Shown here one piece after another: positions 38,050 to 50,809 of a stretch of DNA of 64,000 bases (the first letter of the stretch is position 1; each line of letters opens with the position of its first letter). The notes under the pieces are model-generated. The model was not told where the DNA came from. It worked only from the letters and a program-made list of their open reading frames with translations, and searched no databases. Source of the DNA: Mobula hypostoma (lineage: Eukaryota); the NCBI RefSeq assembly GCF_963921235.1, contig NC_086097.1:48858001-48922000 (forward strand), in the 5' to 3' direction. The position numbers and the translations under genes were made by a program.

Positions 38050-40507
38050 AAAAATTATAGAGAATTTGGGACCATGGGTGACTTTAACTTCCCTAATATT
38101 GATTGGCACCTGATTAGTTCCAAGGGTTTGGACGGGACAGAGTTTGTTAAGTGCGTCCAGGACGGATTCCTGTCATAGTATGTTGACAGGCCGACTAGGG
38201 GGAATGCCATACTAGATCTAGTATTAGGTAACAAACTGGGTCAGGTCACAGATCTCTCACTGGGTGAGCATCTGGGGGACAGTGACCACTGCTCCTTGGC
38301 CATTAGCATTATCATGGAAAAGGATAGAATCAGAGAGGACAGAAAAATTTTTAATTGGGGAAGGGCAAATTATGAGGCTATAAGGCTAGAACTTGCGGGT
38401 GTGAATTGGGATGATGTTTTTGCAGGGAAATGCACTATGGACATGTGGTCGATGTTTAGGGAACTCTTGCAGGATGTTAGGGATAAATTTGTCACAATGA
38501 GGAAGATAAAGAATGGTGGGATGAAGGAACGGGTGACAAATGAGGTGGAAAATCTAGTCAGGGAGAAGAAGGCAGCATACATGAGGTTTAGGAAGCAAGG
38601 ATCAGATGGGTCTATTAAGGAATATAGGGTAGCAAGAAAGGAACTTAAGAAGGGGTTGAGAAGAGCAAAAAGGGGGCATGAGAAGGCCTTGGCAAGTAGG
38701 GTAAAGGAAAACCCCAAGGCATTCTTCAATTATGTGAAGAACAAAAGAATGACAGGAGTGAAGGTAGGACCGATTAGAGATAAAGGTGGGAAGATATGCT
38801 TGGAGGCTGTGGAAATGAGCGAGGTCCTCAATGAATACTTCTCTTCAGTATTCACTAATGAGAGGGAACTTGATGACGGAGAGGACAATATGAGTGAGGT
38901 TGAAGTTCTGGAGCATGTTAATATTAAGGGAGAGGAGGTGTTGGAGTTGTTAAAATACATTAGGGCGGATAAGTCCCCAGGGCCTGACAGAATATTCCCC
39001 AGGCTGCTCCACAAGGTGAGGGAAGAGATTGCTGAGCCTCTGGCTAGGATCTTTATGTCCTCATTGTCTACTGGAATGATACTGGAGGGAGGTGAATGTT
39101 GTCCCCTTGTTCAAAAAAGGTAGTAGGGATAGTCTGGGTAATTATAAACCAGAGAGCCTTACGTCTGTGGTGGGAAAGCTGTTGGAAAAGATTCTTAGAG
39201 ATAGGATCTATGGGCATTTTGAGAATCATGGTCTGATCAGGGACAGTCAGCATGGCTTTGTGAAGGACAGATCGTGTCTAACACGGCTGATAGAATTCTT
39301 TGAGGAGGTGACCAGGCATATAGATGAGGGTAGTGCAGTGGATGTGATCTATATGGATTTTAGTAAGGCATTTGACAAGGTTCCACACGGTAGGCTTATT
39401 CAGAAAGTCAGAAGGCATGGGATCCAGGAAAGTTTGGCCAGGTGGATTCAGAATTGGCTTGCTTGCAGAAGGCAGAGGGTCGTGGTGGAGGGAGTACATT
39501 CAGATTGGAGGGTTGTGACTAGTGCTGTCCCAAAAGGATCTGTTTTGGGACCTCTACTTCTCGTGATTTTTATTAATGACCTGGATGTGGGGGAAGAAGG
39601 GTGGGTTGCCAAGTTTGCAGACGACACAAAGGTTGGTGGTGTTGTGGATAGTGTAGAGGATTGTCGAAGATCGCAGAGAGACATTAAGATGCAGAAGTGG
39701 GCTGAAAAGTGGCAGATGGAGTTCAACCAGGAGAAGTGTGAGGTGGTACACTTTGGAAGGACAAACTCCAAGGCAGAGTACAAAGTAAATGGCAGGATAC
39801 TTGGTTGTGTGGAGGAGCAGAGGAATCTGGGGGTATATGTCCACAGATCCCTGAAAGTTGCCTCTCAGGTAGATAGGGTAATTAAGAAAGCTTATGGGGT
39901 GTCAGCTTTCATAAGTCGAGGGATAAAGTTAAAGAGTCGCGAGGTAATGATGCAGCTCTATAAAATGCTGGTTAGGCCACACTTGGAGTACTGTGTCCAG
40001 TTCTGGTCGCCTCACTATAAGAAGGATGTGGAAGCATTGGAAAGGGTGCAGAAGAGATTTACCAGGATGCTGCCTGGTTTAGAGAGTATGCATTATGATC
40101 AGAGATTACGGGAGCTAGGGCTTTACTCTTTGGAGAGAAGGAGGATGAGAGGAGACATGATAGAGGTATACAAGATATTACGAGGAATAGATAGAATGGA
40201 TAGCCAAAGCCTCTTCCCCAGGGCACCACTGCTCAATACAAGAGGACATGGCTTTAAGGTAAGGGGTGGGAAGTTCAAGGGGGATATTAGAGGAAGGTTT
40301 TTTACTCAGAGAGTGGTTGGTGCGTGGAATGCACTGCCTGAGGCAGTGATGGAGGCAGATACATTAGTGAAATTTAAGAGACTACTAGACAGGTATATGG
40401 AGGAATTTAAGGTGGGGGTTATAAGGGAGGCAGAGTTTGAGGGTCGGCACAACATTGTGGGCTGAAGGGCCTGTATTGTGCTGTACTGTTCTATGTTCTA
40501 TGTTCTA
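38050..40507 (+). mobile_element. CR1 LINE, 5'-truncated (end of APE plus RT)
   Basis: GDFNFPNIDW at the 5' end. ORFs 38296-39123 and 39092-40465 (YMDFSKAFDKV, GSVLGPLL, KFADDTK) are separated by a frameshift. (TTCTATG)n tail. Confidence 0.95.
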
Positions 40508-40704
40508 TTTAGCAGGTCAAACGGCACCTTGAATATATAACAGCACAACTCAGGATTAGTCTCTTGATCCCACAAAGTTGTGCTGAACTAATTAAACTAA
40601 TAGTTAAACACTGAACTAAACAATTCCCTTCTGCTTAATCAAGATCCATATCCCCCATTCTCTGTACATTCCTTTGCCTATCTCAGAGCCTCTTAAATGT
40701 CTTT

Positions 40705-41420
40705 GGCCAATGTCAGGATGCTGTTTATTGACTACAGCTTAGCACTTAACACAATCATTCCTACACTTCTGATCAAAAAGCACCAGTACTTTGGTCTTTG
40801 TACCTCGCTCTACAACTGTATCCTCACCTTCCCAAGCAGAAGACCACAATCTGTGCAGATCAAAAATAACATCTCCACCTCACTGATAATCGACATTGGA
40901 GCACCTCCGGGGATGTGTGCTTAGCCCAGTGCTCTACCCTCTTTGCACCCATGGCTATGTGGCTTGGCACATCTCAAATGCCATCTATAAATTTGCTGAT
41001 GATACAACTATTGCTGGCAGAATTTCAAATGGTGATGAGAGGGCGTACAGGAGCAAAATATATCAGCTAGTTGAGTGGTGTCGCAGCAACAACCTTGCAA
41101 ACAACATCAATAAGACCAAAGAACTGATTGTATACTTCAGGAAGGTAAGATGAGGGAACATATACCAGTCTTCACAAAGGGATGAGAAATGGAAAGAGTG
41201 AGGAATTTAAAGTTCCTGGGTGCCAATATCTCTTAGGATCTATCCTGGACTCAAAATATCAATGCAGCTACAAGGAAGGCACAAATGGCTATATTTCATT
41301 AGGAGCTTGAGGAGATTTGACACCAACAACACGCAAATTTCTACAGATGTACCATGGAGAGCTCCATCACGAGAACCAGCCACTGTAGTATCCAGGACAT
41401 CTTCAAGGAGCAATGCATCC
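40705..41420 (+). mobile_element. Rex1-like LINE RT fragment
   Basis: VRMLFIDYSLALNTIIP, GCVLSP, IYKFADDTTI, KTKELIV. Confidence 0.85.
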
Positions 41421-41934
41421 CGTCTGATATTAGACATTTTGACCCTGTGAAAAAAATAACAACTGTCTACTCTATCTATGCTCCTTATAATCTTAGGAAC
41501 CCCTATCAGCTTCTGTGGAAAGAGAAACAGAGTCAACATTTTACGATGTATATTAATGATTTGGAAGAGGGGTCTGAGTGTAGCATATTTAAGTTTGCTG
41601 ATTGTACTAAATTAAGTGGAAATGCAAACCATACTGAGGATGTCAAGAGTCCGCAGGGAGATATAGATAGGTTAACTGAGTGTACCGGGGTCTGACAGAT
41701 GGAGTATAACATTTGCAATTGTGAGATCATCCACTATAAAAATATCAGACTTTTATATAAATTGTGAAAATTTGCAACATGCTGTTGTGCAGAGGCAGTG
41801 CTTGAGTAAGATTGGTTTTCACGTACAACAGGTTATCAAGAGGTAACTGGAATGTTGGCCTTCGTTGCTAGAGGAATTGAATTTAAGAGTAAGACAGTTA
41901 TGCTGCAACAGTACAGGGTACAGTATTAGAAGCA

Positions 41935-44440
41935 TAAAACATAGAAAACCAACAGCACAATACAGCCACTTTGGCCCACAAAGCTGTGCTGAACATGTCC
42001 TTACCTTAGAAGTTACCTAGGGTTACCCATAGTCCTCTATATTTCTAAGCTACATGTACCTATCCAGGAGTCTCTTAAAAGACCCTATTGTATCCGCCTC
42101 CACCACTGTCACCAGCAGCCCATTCCACACACTCATCACTCTCTGTGTAAAAAAGTTACCCCTGACATCGCTTCTGTACCTACTTCCAAACACCATAAAA
42201 CTGTGCCCTCTTGTGCTAGTTATTTCAGCCCTGGGAAAAAGCCTCTGATTATCCATACAATCAATACCTCTCATCATCTTATATAACGTATCAGGTCACC
42301 TCTCATCCTCCATCACTCCAAGGAGAAAAAGCCGAGTGCACTCAACCTGTTCTCATAAGGCATGCTCCCCAATCCAGGCAACATCCTTGTAAATCTCCTC
42401 TGCACCCTTTCTATGGTTTTCACATCCTTCCTGTAATGAGGTGACCAGAACTGAGCACAGTATTCCAAGTGGGGTCTGACGAGGGTCCTATATAGCTGCA
42501 ACATTACCTTTCGGCTCCTAAACTCAATCCCACAATTGATGAAGGCCAATGCACCGTATGCTTTCTTAACCACAGATTCAACCTATGCAGCAGCTTTGAG
42601 TGTCCTATGGACTCAGACCCCAAGATCCCTCTGATCATCCACACTGGCAAGAGTCTTACCATTAATACTATATTCTGCCATCATATTTGACCTACCAAAA
42701 TGAACCACCTCACACTTATCTGGGTTGAACTCCACTTGCCACTTCTCAACACAGTTTTGCAACCTATCTATGTCCCGTTGTAACCTCTGACAGCCCTCCA
42801 CACTATCCACAACACCCCCAACCTTTGTGTCATCAAATTTACTAACCCATCCTTCCACTTCCTTATCCAGGTCATTTATTAAAATCACGAAGAGTAGGGG
42901 TCCCAGAACATATCCCTGAGGCACACCACTGGTCACCAGCCTTCATGTAGAATATGACCCGTCTACAACCACTCTTTGCCTTCTGGATCCACAAAGCAAT
43001 GTCCCCTTGGATCCCATTCCTCCTCACTTTCTCAATAAGCCTTGAATGGGGTACCTTGTCAAATGCCTTGCTGAAATCCATATACACTACTGCTCTATCT
43101 TCATCAATGTGTTAAGTCACATCCTCAAAAAATTCAATCAGGCTCGTAAGTCATGATCTGCCTTTGACAAAGCCATGCTGACTATTCCTAATCATATTAT
43201 GCCTCTCCAAATGTTCATAAGTCCTGCCTCTCAAGATCTTCTCCATCAACTTACTAACCACTGAAGTAAGACTTACTGGTCTATAATTTCCTGGGCTATC
43301 TCTACTCCCTTTTTTGAATAATGGAACAATATCCGCAACCCTCCAATGCTCCAGAACCTCTCCCGTCCCTATTGGTAATGCAAAGATCATTGCCAGAGGC
43401 TCAGCAATCTTCTCCCTTGCCTCCCACAGTAGCCTGGGATACGGCTCGTCCAGTCCCGGTGACTTATCCAACTTGATGCTTTCCAAAAGCTCCAGCACAT
43501 CCTCTTCCTTAATATCTACATGCTCAAGCTTTACAGTCCACTGTAAGTCATCCCTACAATCGCCAAGTTCCTTTTCTGTAGTGAATACTGAAGCAAAGTA
43601 TTTATTAAGTACCTCTGCTATCTCCTCCGGTTCCATACACACTTCTCCACTGCCACACTTGATTGGTCCTATTCTATCACATCTTATCCTCTTGCTCTTC
43701 ACATACTTCTAGAATGCCTTGGGGTTTTCCTTAATCCTGTCCGCCAAGACCTTCTCATGGCCCCTTCAGACTCTTCTAGTTTCATTCTTAAGCTTCTTCC
43801 TACTAGCCTTATAATCTTCTAGATCTCTATCATTACCTAGTTTTTTGAACCTTTCATAAGATTTTCTTTTCTTCTTGACTAGATTTTCATCAGCCTTTGT
43901 ACACCATGGTTCCTGCACCCTACCATCCTTTCCCTGTCTCATTGGAACGTACCTATGCAGAACTCCATGCAAATATCCCCTGAACATTTGCCACATTTCT
44001 TCCGTACGTTTCCCTGAGAACATCTGTATCCAATTTATGCTTCCAAGTTCCTGCCTGATAGCCTCATATTTCCCTTTACTCCAATTAAATGCTTTCCTAA
44101 CTTATCTGTTCCTATCCCTCACCAATGCTATGGTAAAGGAGATAGAATTGTGATCACTACCTCCAAAATGCTCTCCCACTGAGAGATCTGACACCTGACC
44201 AGGTTCATTTCCCAATACCAGATCAAGTACAGCCTCTCCTCTTGTAGGCTTATCTACATATTGTGTCAAGAAACCTTCCTGAACACACCTAATAAACTCC
44301 ACCCCTTCTAAACCCCTCGCTCCAGGGACATGCCAATCGATATTTGGGAAATTACAATATACCACCACAACAACCCTGTTATTATTACACCTTTCCATAA
44401 TCTGTCTCCTTATCTGCTTCTTGATGTCCCTGTTACTATT
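41935..44440 (-). mobile_element. CR1 LINE, 5'-truncated
   Basis: ORFs 42050-42277, 42313-42573, 42613-42936, 43151-43702 and 44102-44662 carry CR1 ORF2 motifs. Confidence 0.92.
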
Positions 44441-44640
44441 GCATACATTTCTGGTCTTCTTACTTGAGGAAAGATATATTGACTTTGGAGGTGGTGCAAA
44501 AGAGGTTAACCAGGTTGATTCCAGAGATAAGGAGCCTATCAGGAGAGACTGAGTCACCATAGAAACCATAGAAACCATAGAAACTACAGCACAAAAACAG
44601 GCCTTTTGGCCCTTCTTGGCTGTGCCGAACCATTTTCTGC

Positions 44641-47595
44641 CTAGTCCCACTGACCTGCACACGGACTATATCCCTCCATACACCTCCCATCCATGTATCT
44701 GTCCAATTTATTCTTAAATGTTAAAAAAGAATCCGCATTTACCACCTCGTCTGGCAGCTCATTCCATACTCCCACCACTCTCTGTGTGAAGAAGCCCCCC
44801 CTAATGTTCCCTTTAAACTTTTCCCTCCTCACCCTAAACCCATGTCCTCTGGTTTTTTTCTCCCCTTGCCTCAGTGGAAAAAGCCTGCTTGCATTCACTC
44901 TATCTATACCCATCATAATTTTATATACCTCTATCAAATCTCCCCTCATTCTTCTACGCTCCAGGGGATAAAGTCCTAACCTATTCAACCTTTCTCTGTA
45001 ACTGAGTTTCTCAAGTCCCGGCAACATCCTTGTAAACCTTCTCTGCACTCTTTCAACCTTATTTATATCCTTCCTGTAATTTGGTGACCATAACTGAACA
45101 GAATACTCCAGATTCGGCCTCACCAATGCCTTATACAACCTCATCATAACATTCCAGCTCTTATACTCAATACTTTGATTAATAAAGGCCAATGTACCAA
45201 AAGCTCTCTTTACGACCCTATCTACCTGTGACGCCACTTTTAGGGAATTTTGTATCTGTATTCCCAGATTCCTCTGTTCCACTGCACTCCTCAGTGCCTT
45301 ACCATTAACCCTGTATGTTCTATGTTGGTTTGTCCTTCCAACGTGCAACACCTCACACTTGTCAGTATTAAACTCCATCTGCCATTTTTTAGCCCATTTT
45401 TCCAGCTGATCCAAGTCCCTCTGCAGGCTCTGAAAACCTTCCTCACTGTCTACTACACCTCCAATCTTTGTATCATCAGCAAACTTGCTGATCCAATTTA
45501 CCACATTATCATCCGGATCATTGATATAGATGACAAATAACAATGGACCCAGCACTGATCCCTGTGGCACACCACTAGTCACAGGCCTCCACTCAGAGAA
45601 GCAATTCTCTACCACCACTCTCTGGCTTCTTCCATTGAGCCAATGTCTAATCCAATTTACCACCTTTCCATGTATACCTAGCGACTGAATTTTCCTAACT
45701 AACCTCCCATGCAGGACCTTGTCAAAGGCCTTACTGAAGTCCATGTAGACAATATCCACTGCCTTCCCTTCATCCACTTTCCTGGTAACCTCCTCGAAAA
45801 ACTCCAATAGATTGGTCAAACATGACCTACCACGCACAAAGCCATGTTGACTCTCCCTAATAAGTCCCAGTCTATCCAAATACTTGTAGATTCTGTCTCT
45901 TAGTACTCCCTCCAATAACTTACCTACTACCGATGTTAAATTTACTGGCCTATAATTTCCCGGATTACTTTTCGATCCTTTTTTAAACAACGGAACAACA
46001 TGAGCCACTCTCCAATCCTCCGGCACCTCACCTGTAGACAGCGACATTTAAAATATTTCAGCCAGGGCCCCTGCAATTTCAACACTAGTCTCCTTCAAGG
46101 TCTGAGGGAACACCCTGTCAGGTCCCGGGAATTTATCCACTTTAATTTTCCTCAAGACAGCAAGGACCTCCTCCTTTTCGATCTGTACAGTTTCCATGAT
46201 CTCACTACTTGTTTCCCTTAATTCCATAGACTTCATGCCAGTTTCCTTAGTAAACACAGACGCAAAAAACCTATTTAAGATCTCCCCCATTTCCTTTGGT
46301 TCCGCACATAGCCAACCACTCAGATCTTCAAGAGGAATTTTATCCAATTCCTCTTTTATCCAACCAATTTTATCCCTTAGAATCCTTTTGCTCTTAATAT
46401 ACCTGTAAAATCTCTTTGGATTATCCTTCACTTTGACTGCCAAGGCAACCTCATGTCTTCTTTTAGCCCTCTTGATTTCTTTCTTAAATATTTTCTTGCA
46501 CTTCTTATACTCCTCAAGCACCTTATTTACTCCCTGCTTCCTATACACGTCATACAACTCCCTCTTCTTCTTTATCAGAGTTGCAATATCCCTTGAGAAC
46601 CAAGGTTCCTTATTCCTATTCACCTTGCCTTTAATCCTGACAGGAACATACAAATTCTGCACTCTCAAAATTTCTGCTTTGAAGGCTTCCCACCTACCGA
46701 TCACATCCATGCCTGAGAACAACCTGTCCCAATCCACGCTTTTTAGATCCTTTCTCATTTCTTCAAATTTGGCCTTCTTCCAGTTAAGAACCTCAACCCT
46801 AGGACCAGATCTATCCTTGTCCATGATCAAGTTGAAACTAATGGTGTTATGATCACTGGAACCAAAGTGCTCCCCTACACAGACTTCTGTCACTTGTCCT
46901 AACTCGTTTCCTAACAGGAGATCCAATATTGCATCCCCTCTAGTTGGTCCCTCTATATATTGATTTAGAAGACTTTCCTGAACACATTTTACAAACTCTA
47001 AACCATCTAGACCCCTAACGGTATGGGAGACCCAATCAATATATGGAAAATTAAAATCCCCTACCACCACAACTTTATGTTTCCTGCATTTGCCTGCTAT
47101 TTCTCTGCAGATTTGCACTTCCAATTCTCTTTGACTATTGGGTGGTCTGTAATACAATCCCACTAATGTGGCCATACCTTTCCTGTTTCTCAGCTCCACC
47201 CACAAGGACTCAGTAGACAAGCCCTCTAATTTGTCCTGCCTGAGCACTGCTGTAATATTTTCCCTAACAAGCAATGCCACTCCCCCACCTTTCATTCCTC
47301 TGCCTCGATCACATCTGAAACATCGGAACCCTGGAATATTAAGCTGCCAGTCCTGCCCCTCCTGTAGCCAAGTTTCACTAATTGCTACAACGTCATAATT
47401 CTACGTGTCAATCCACGCCCTCAACTCATCCGCCTTCCCCGCAATACTCCTAGCATTGAAATATATATACCTCAGAAGATTTTTACCACCACTCACAACC
47501 TTTCTATTAGTGGATTTGCTTGAATTTTTAACATCATTTATTTTCACCCCAGCCACACTGTCAGCTCTGGTACTGTGGTTCCCATCCCCCTGCAA
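44641..47595 (-). pseudogene. CR1 ORF2 (APE endonuclease plus reverse transcriptase) with two in-frame stops
   Basis: ORFs 47401-47595, 46048-47295 and 44641-46047 share one frame. Motifs YFNARSI, YYRPP, GDFNFP, SDH, QGSVLGP and FADD. Stops at 47401-47403 and 46048-46050. Confidence 0.93.
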
Positions 47596-47597
47596 AT

Positions 47598-48424
47598 CTA
47601 GTTTAAAGCCCCTCTTATAGCATTAACAAACCTCCCTGAAAGGATATTGGTCCCCCTGTAGTTCAAGTGTAACCCGTCTCTCTTGTACAGGTCCCACCTG
47701 CCCCAGAAGAGGTCCCAATTATCCTGAAATCTGAAACCCTGCTCCCTATACCAGTTCCTCAGCCACTTGTTCATCCTCCAGAGCATCCTATTCCTACCCT
47801 CACTGGCACGTAGCACAGGTAGCAATCCTGAGATTACCACCCTCGAGGTCCTGCTTTTCAACTTCCTACCAAGCTCTCTATACTCACTGTCCAGGACCTC
47901 TTCACTCTTCCTTGCTATGTCATTGGTACCGATGTGCACCACAACATCTAGCTGATCACCCTCCCACTTCAGAATGTCATGCAATCGATCAGAGACATCC
48001 TTGACCCTGGCACCTGGGGGGCAACAAACCATCCTGGATTCTCTGTCACGACCACAGAACCTCCTATCTGCACCTCTAACTATCGAGTCCCCTATCACTA
48101 CTGCTCTCCTCTTTTTCCCCCCTCCCTTCTGCACTGCAGAGCCAGACCCAGTGCCAGAGATCCGGCTACTGCAGCTAGTCCCAGGTAAGTCATCCTCCCC
48201 AACAGTATCCAATGCCATATACTTGTTGTTGAGGTGAATGGCCACAGGGGAACTCTGCTCTGCCTGCCCTTTCCTCTTCCCTCGCCTGACAGTGACCCAA
48301 TTTCCTGTCCTCTGCTCCTTTGGCGTAATTACCTCCCTGTAGCTACTATCTATAATCTCCTCATTCTCCCGAATGATCCGGAGGTCATCCAGCTCCTGCT
48401 CCAGTTCCCTAACGCGGTTTGTTA
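47598..48424 (-). CDS. CR1 ORF1p, coiled coil plus SGNH esterase-like domain (5'-truncated)
   Basis: RVRELEQELDDLR, VIGDSIVRG, PGA, HIGTND, DGLHLN. Confidence 0.9.
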
Positions 48425-49538
48425 GGACTTTACACACTGGAATTCAGAAGAATGAATATACAATTCTGAAAGGGCTTGATAAGTTAAAGGCAGGAAAGTT
48501 GTTTCCACTGGTAAATGAGGCTGGAACTAGGGACATAGCCTCAAGAATCAGGAGAATGGATTTAGGACAGAGATGAAGAGAAACTGCTTTTTCCAGGGAG
48601 TAGTGAATCTGTGGAATTCTCTGCCCAGGGAAGCAGTAGTGGCTACCTCATTAAATATATTTAAAACTCAATTCGATAGTAATTTGCATAGCAGGGGAAT
48701 TAACGGTTATGGGGAGAAGATAGATAACATGGAATTGAGTTAACAGCCAGATCAGTCATGATATTATTGAGTGGTGGAGCATTCTCAACAGGCCAGATGG
48801 CCTTACGCTGTTCCTATTTCTTACGTTCTTGTTATCAGGTTGAAAGCCCCTCATTTCATTTGTAACATTGGTTATCAAAGAGTTAGCAGGAGGATGTTAT
48901 GGGTATAAAAAGCATTCTACCAATTAAAAATTACTGGCATTCAAAGTAGTTAAATATAGGACAATTGTGCAAAGTAATTCTTGCACTTTTGTTTGTATGA
49001 ATTCTATAGCAATCCATTATACTGTACCATGAAATCCAAAGGCTCTGCTTCAAGGTTAGGAACATTTCACTGATTATTAACTCTAGTTTGCAAAATGTTT
49101 GCAATGTAGGGATAAGTAGTCAAACAAAAAATGACTTAGTCCTTCAGCAGGGATTAAACCATTCTTTGCCTTGACATTAACTTTATGCATTTTTAGATGC
49201 AGATGTCATTGGCAATCCTTCCCTCAATGAATTGTGACAAAGGCCTTTCAGGCTGAAACAGTACTGCTGCTCTTTTTATTACAGAGATACTGTCTGAGTG
49301 TTTCCAGTGTTTTCTTTCCTTTTAAATTCTGTATCTGTAGTTATTAATTTTAGTTCATTAATTCTTGGAAATATTATGCAGTCACAGTGAATAGGAAATG
49401 GAAGCCAAAGAGGCAAGTTAAATATTTTAAAACATGACTTTTCATTGAGCCGTGTCAATCCTAGAACTGATTCTTGCAAACATGAGTTGGCATCATGTTT
49501 TTTCATAAAATATTGAAGATTATTCAATCTATACCTTA

Positions 49539-50333
49539 TGTTATGCCAGCAGCAATAGACATGAATTTGAGTTGAGTTATCATAAAATACACAATGACAT
49601 TTATTAACCTCTGCTCAAAGCAACGAAAAGTAAATGAATGACTAACTTAACCGGAAGTTAACAGTGAGGCGCCTATATCGAATCAACAGTCAAACGTATA
49701 ATGTTCTTAACGAGTTCTCATCCAAGCACAGACTTAAAGTGGTAAATTCAAAAGTCCATGTGATTTATACAGTCATTAAGGAGAGACTTCCCTGAAACAA
49801 CGATTCCTTCGAAGTAATGACGGATCTGCCGATCACCGCTGGGAGATGCCTTGTCCGAAGGAATCATGAAGAAATAGAAGAACTGACCTTTTGACTGGAG
49901 GGTAGTCACTGCACAAACCTTCCCGACCTTGCAGGGGTTTCACTCAAATTTGCATGTCACAATTCGCAAACAAAGATTAAAAAGGTTGATCATTCCCAAG
50001 AAGCTGAACGACATTAACTTTACCCAATCCTTTGAACTCGGATAACTCTGGAAGTGCCTTCACTCTGCGATACTGGTCTGTAAGGGAAAAATAGACGTGC
50101 AACAAACAAAACTGATGGTGTCTCCAAACATCCAATTGGCAACAACAACATTGCACTGAAAATAAAAATGAGAACTGTGTCACATTGGCGGGCTTCGTTT
50201 AAATACTGTTTGGAACATGCCATCACATGACATAGCATCACCCACGGTCATGAGACAATTACATCATGCCCATCACAAGATAATTACATCAAGCTCACAA
50301 AATAATTACATCATGCTCACGGGATATGTAACA
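49539..50333 (-). mobile_element. Probable solo LTR inserted 11 bp inside the Helitron 5' end
   Basis: TGTTA...TAACA inverted termini. Removing it yields a Helitron-like 5' end TCTATACCTTA|ATAACTAAAATTCTCATTCTGTTTATCTGTTTG. The TSD is not clean. Confidence 0.6.
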
Positions 50334-50809
50334 ATAACTAAAATTCTCATTCTGTTTATCTGTTTGTGCCCTCAAATTAGCCCAAACGGTGCATTAAAGC
50401 AGCACTTTTTTTGATTAAATGGACTTAAAATGCACTAACTTACAGAATGCATGCAAAGGTCAGGGTTATATTCGTTTAAAATTGCTCACTCGTCAACAGG
50501 CCCTGCTTTCCACACCCGATTCCAGCTTTCATGGAAACCGCGAGGTGACACCACGACGCATGTGCACATCCAGCCTCAGCAGCGCCTCACGATGCTTACA
50601 GCTGCGACACCAACCGCAGCGAAAGGGCAGGGGAGGTCTATTTCGAGGGGTCACATTCTGCTAATCACCATCAGCATGTGCACAATTGGGACAGATCAAA
50701 CTGCGACCCATCAATAAGAGATAATTAAATCTTATTGTGATGAAGTACTTCGAAACACCCTATTCCCAGGTTCTACACTTGGACTAATAAGAGATGGGAA
50801 AGAAGGAGA

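Larger units (their letters stand above)
44557..48424 (-). mobile_element. Young, nearly full-length CR1 LINE (ORF1 plus ORF2)
   Basis: (CTATGGTTT)3 tail. ORF2 reads in one frame with only two stops. ORF1 is 5'-truncated. Confidence 0.97.
41535..48830 (+). mobile_element. Old CR1 split twice (41535-41925, 44440-44556, 48425-48830) by two antisense CR1s
   Basis: Colinear pieces: MYINDLEEG..KFADCTKL, then FWS...RKDIL..VVQKRLTRLIP, then the GLYTLEFRRM-like segment and 3' tail. Confidence 0.7.

Noticed and set aside
50257..50320. Short direct repeats, superficially CRISPR-like
   Set aside because: Three adjacent degenerate units with no unique spacers, in a eukaryotic LTR context with no cas genes.
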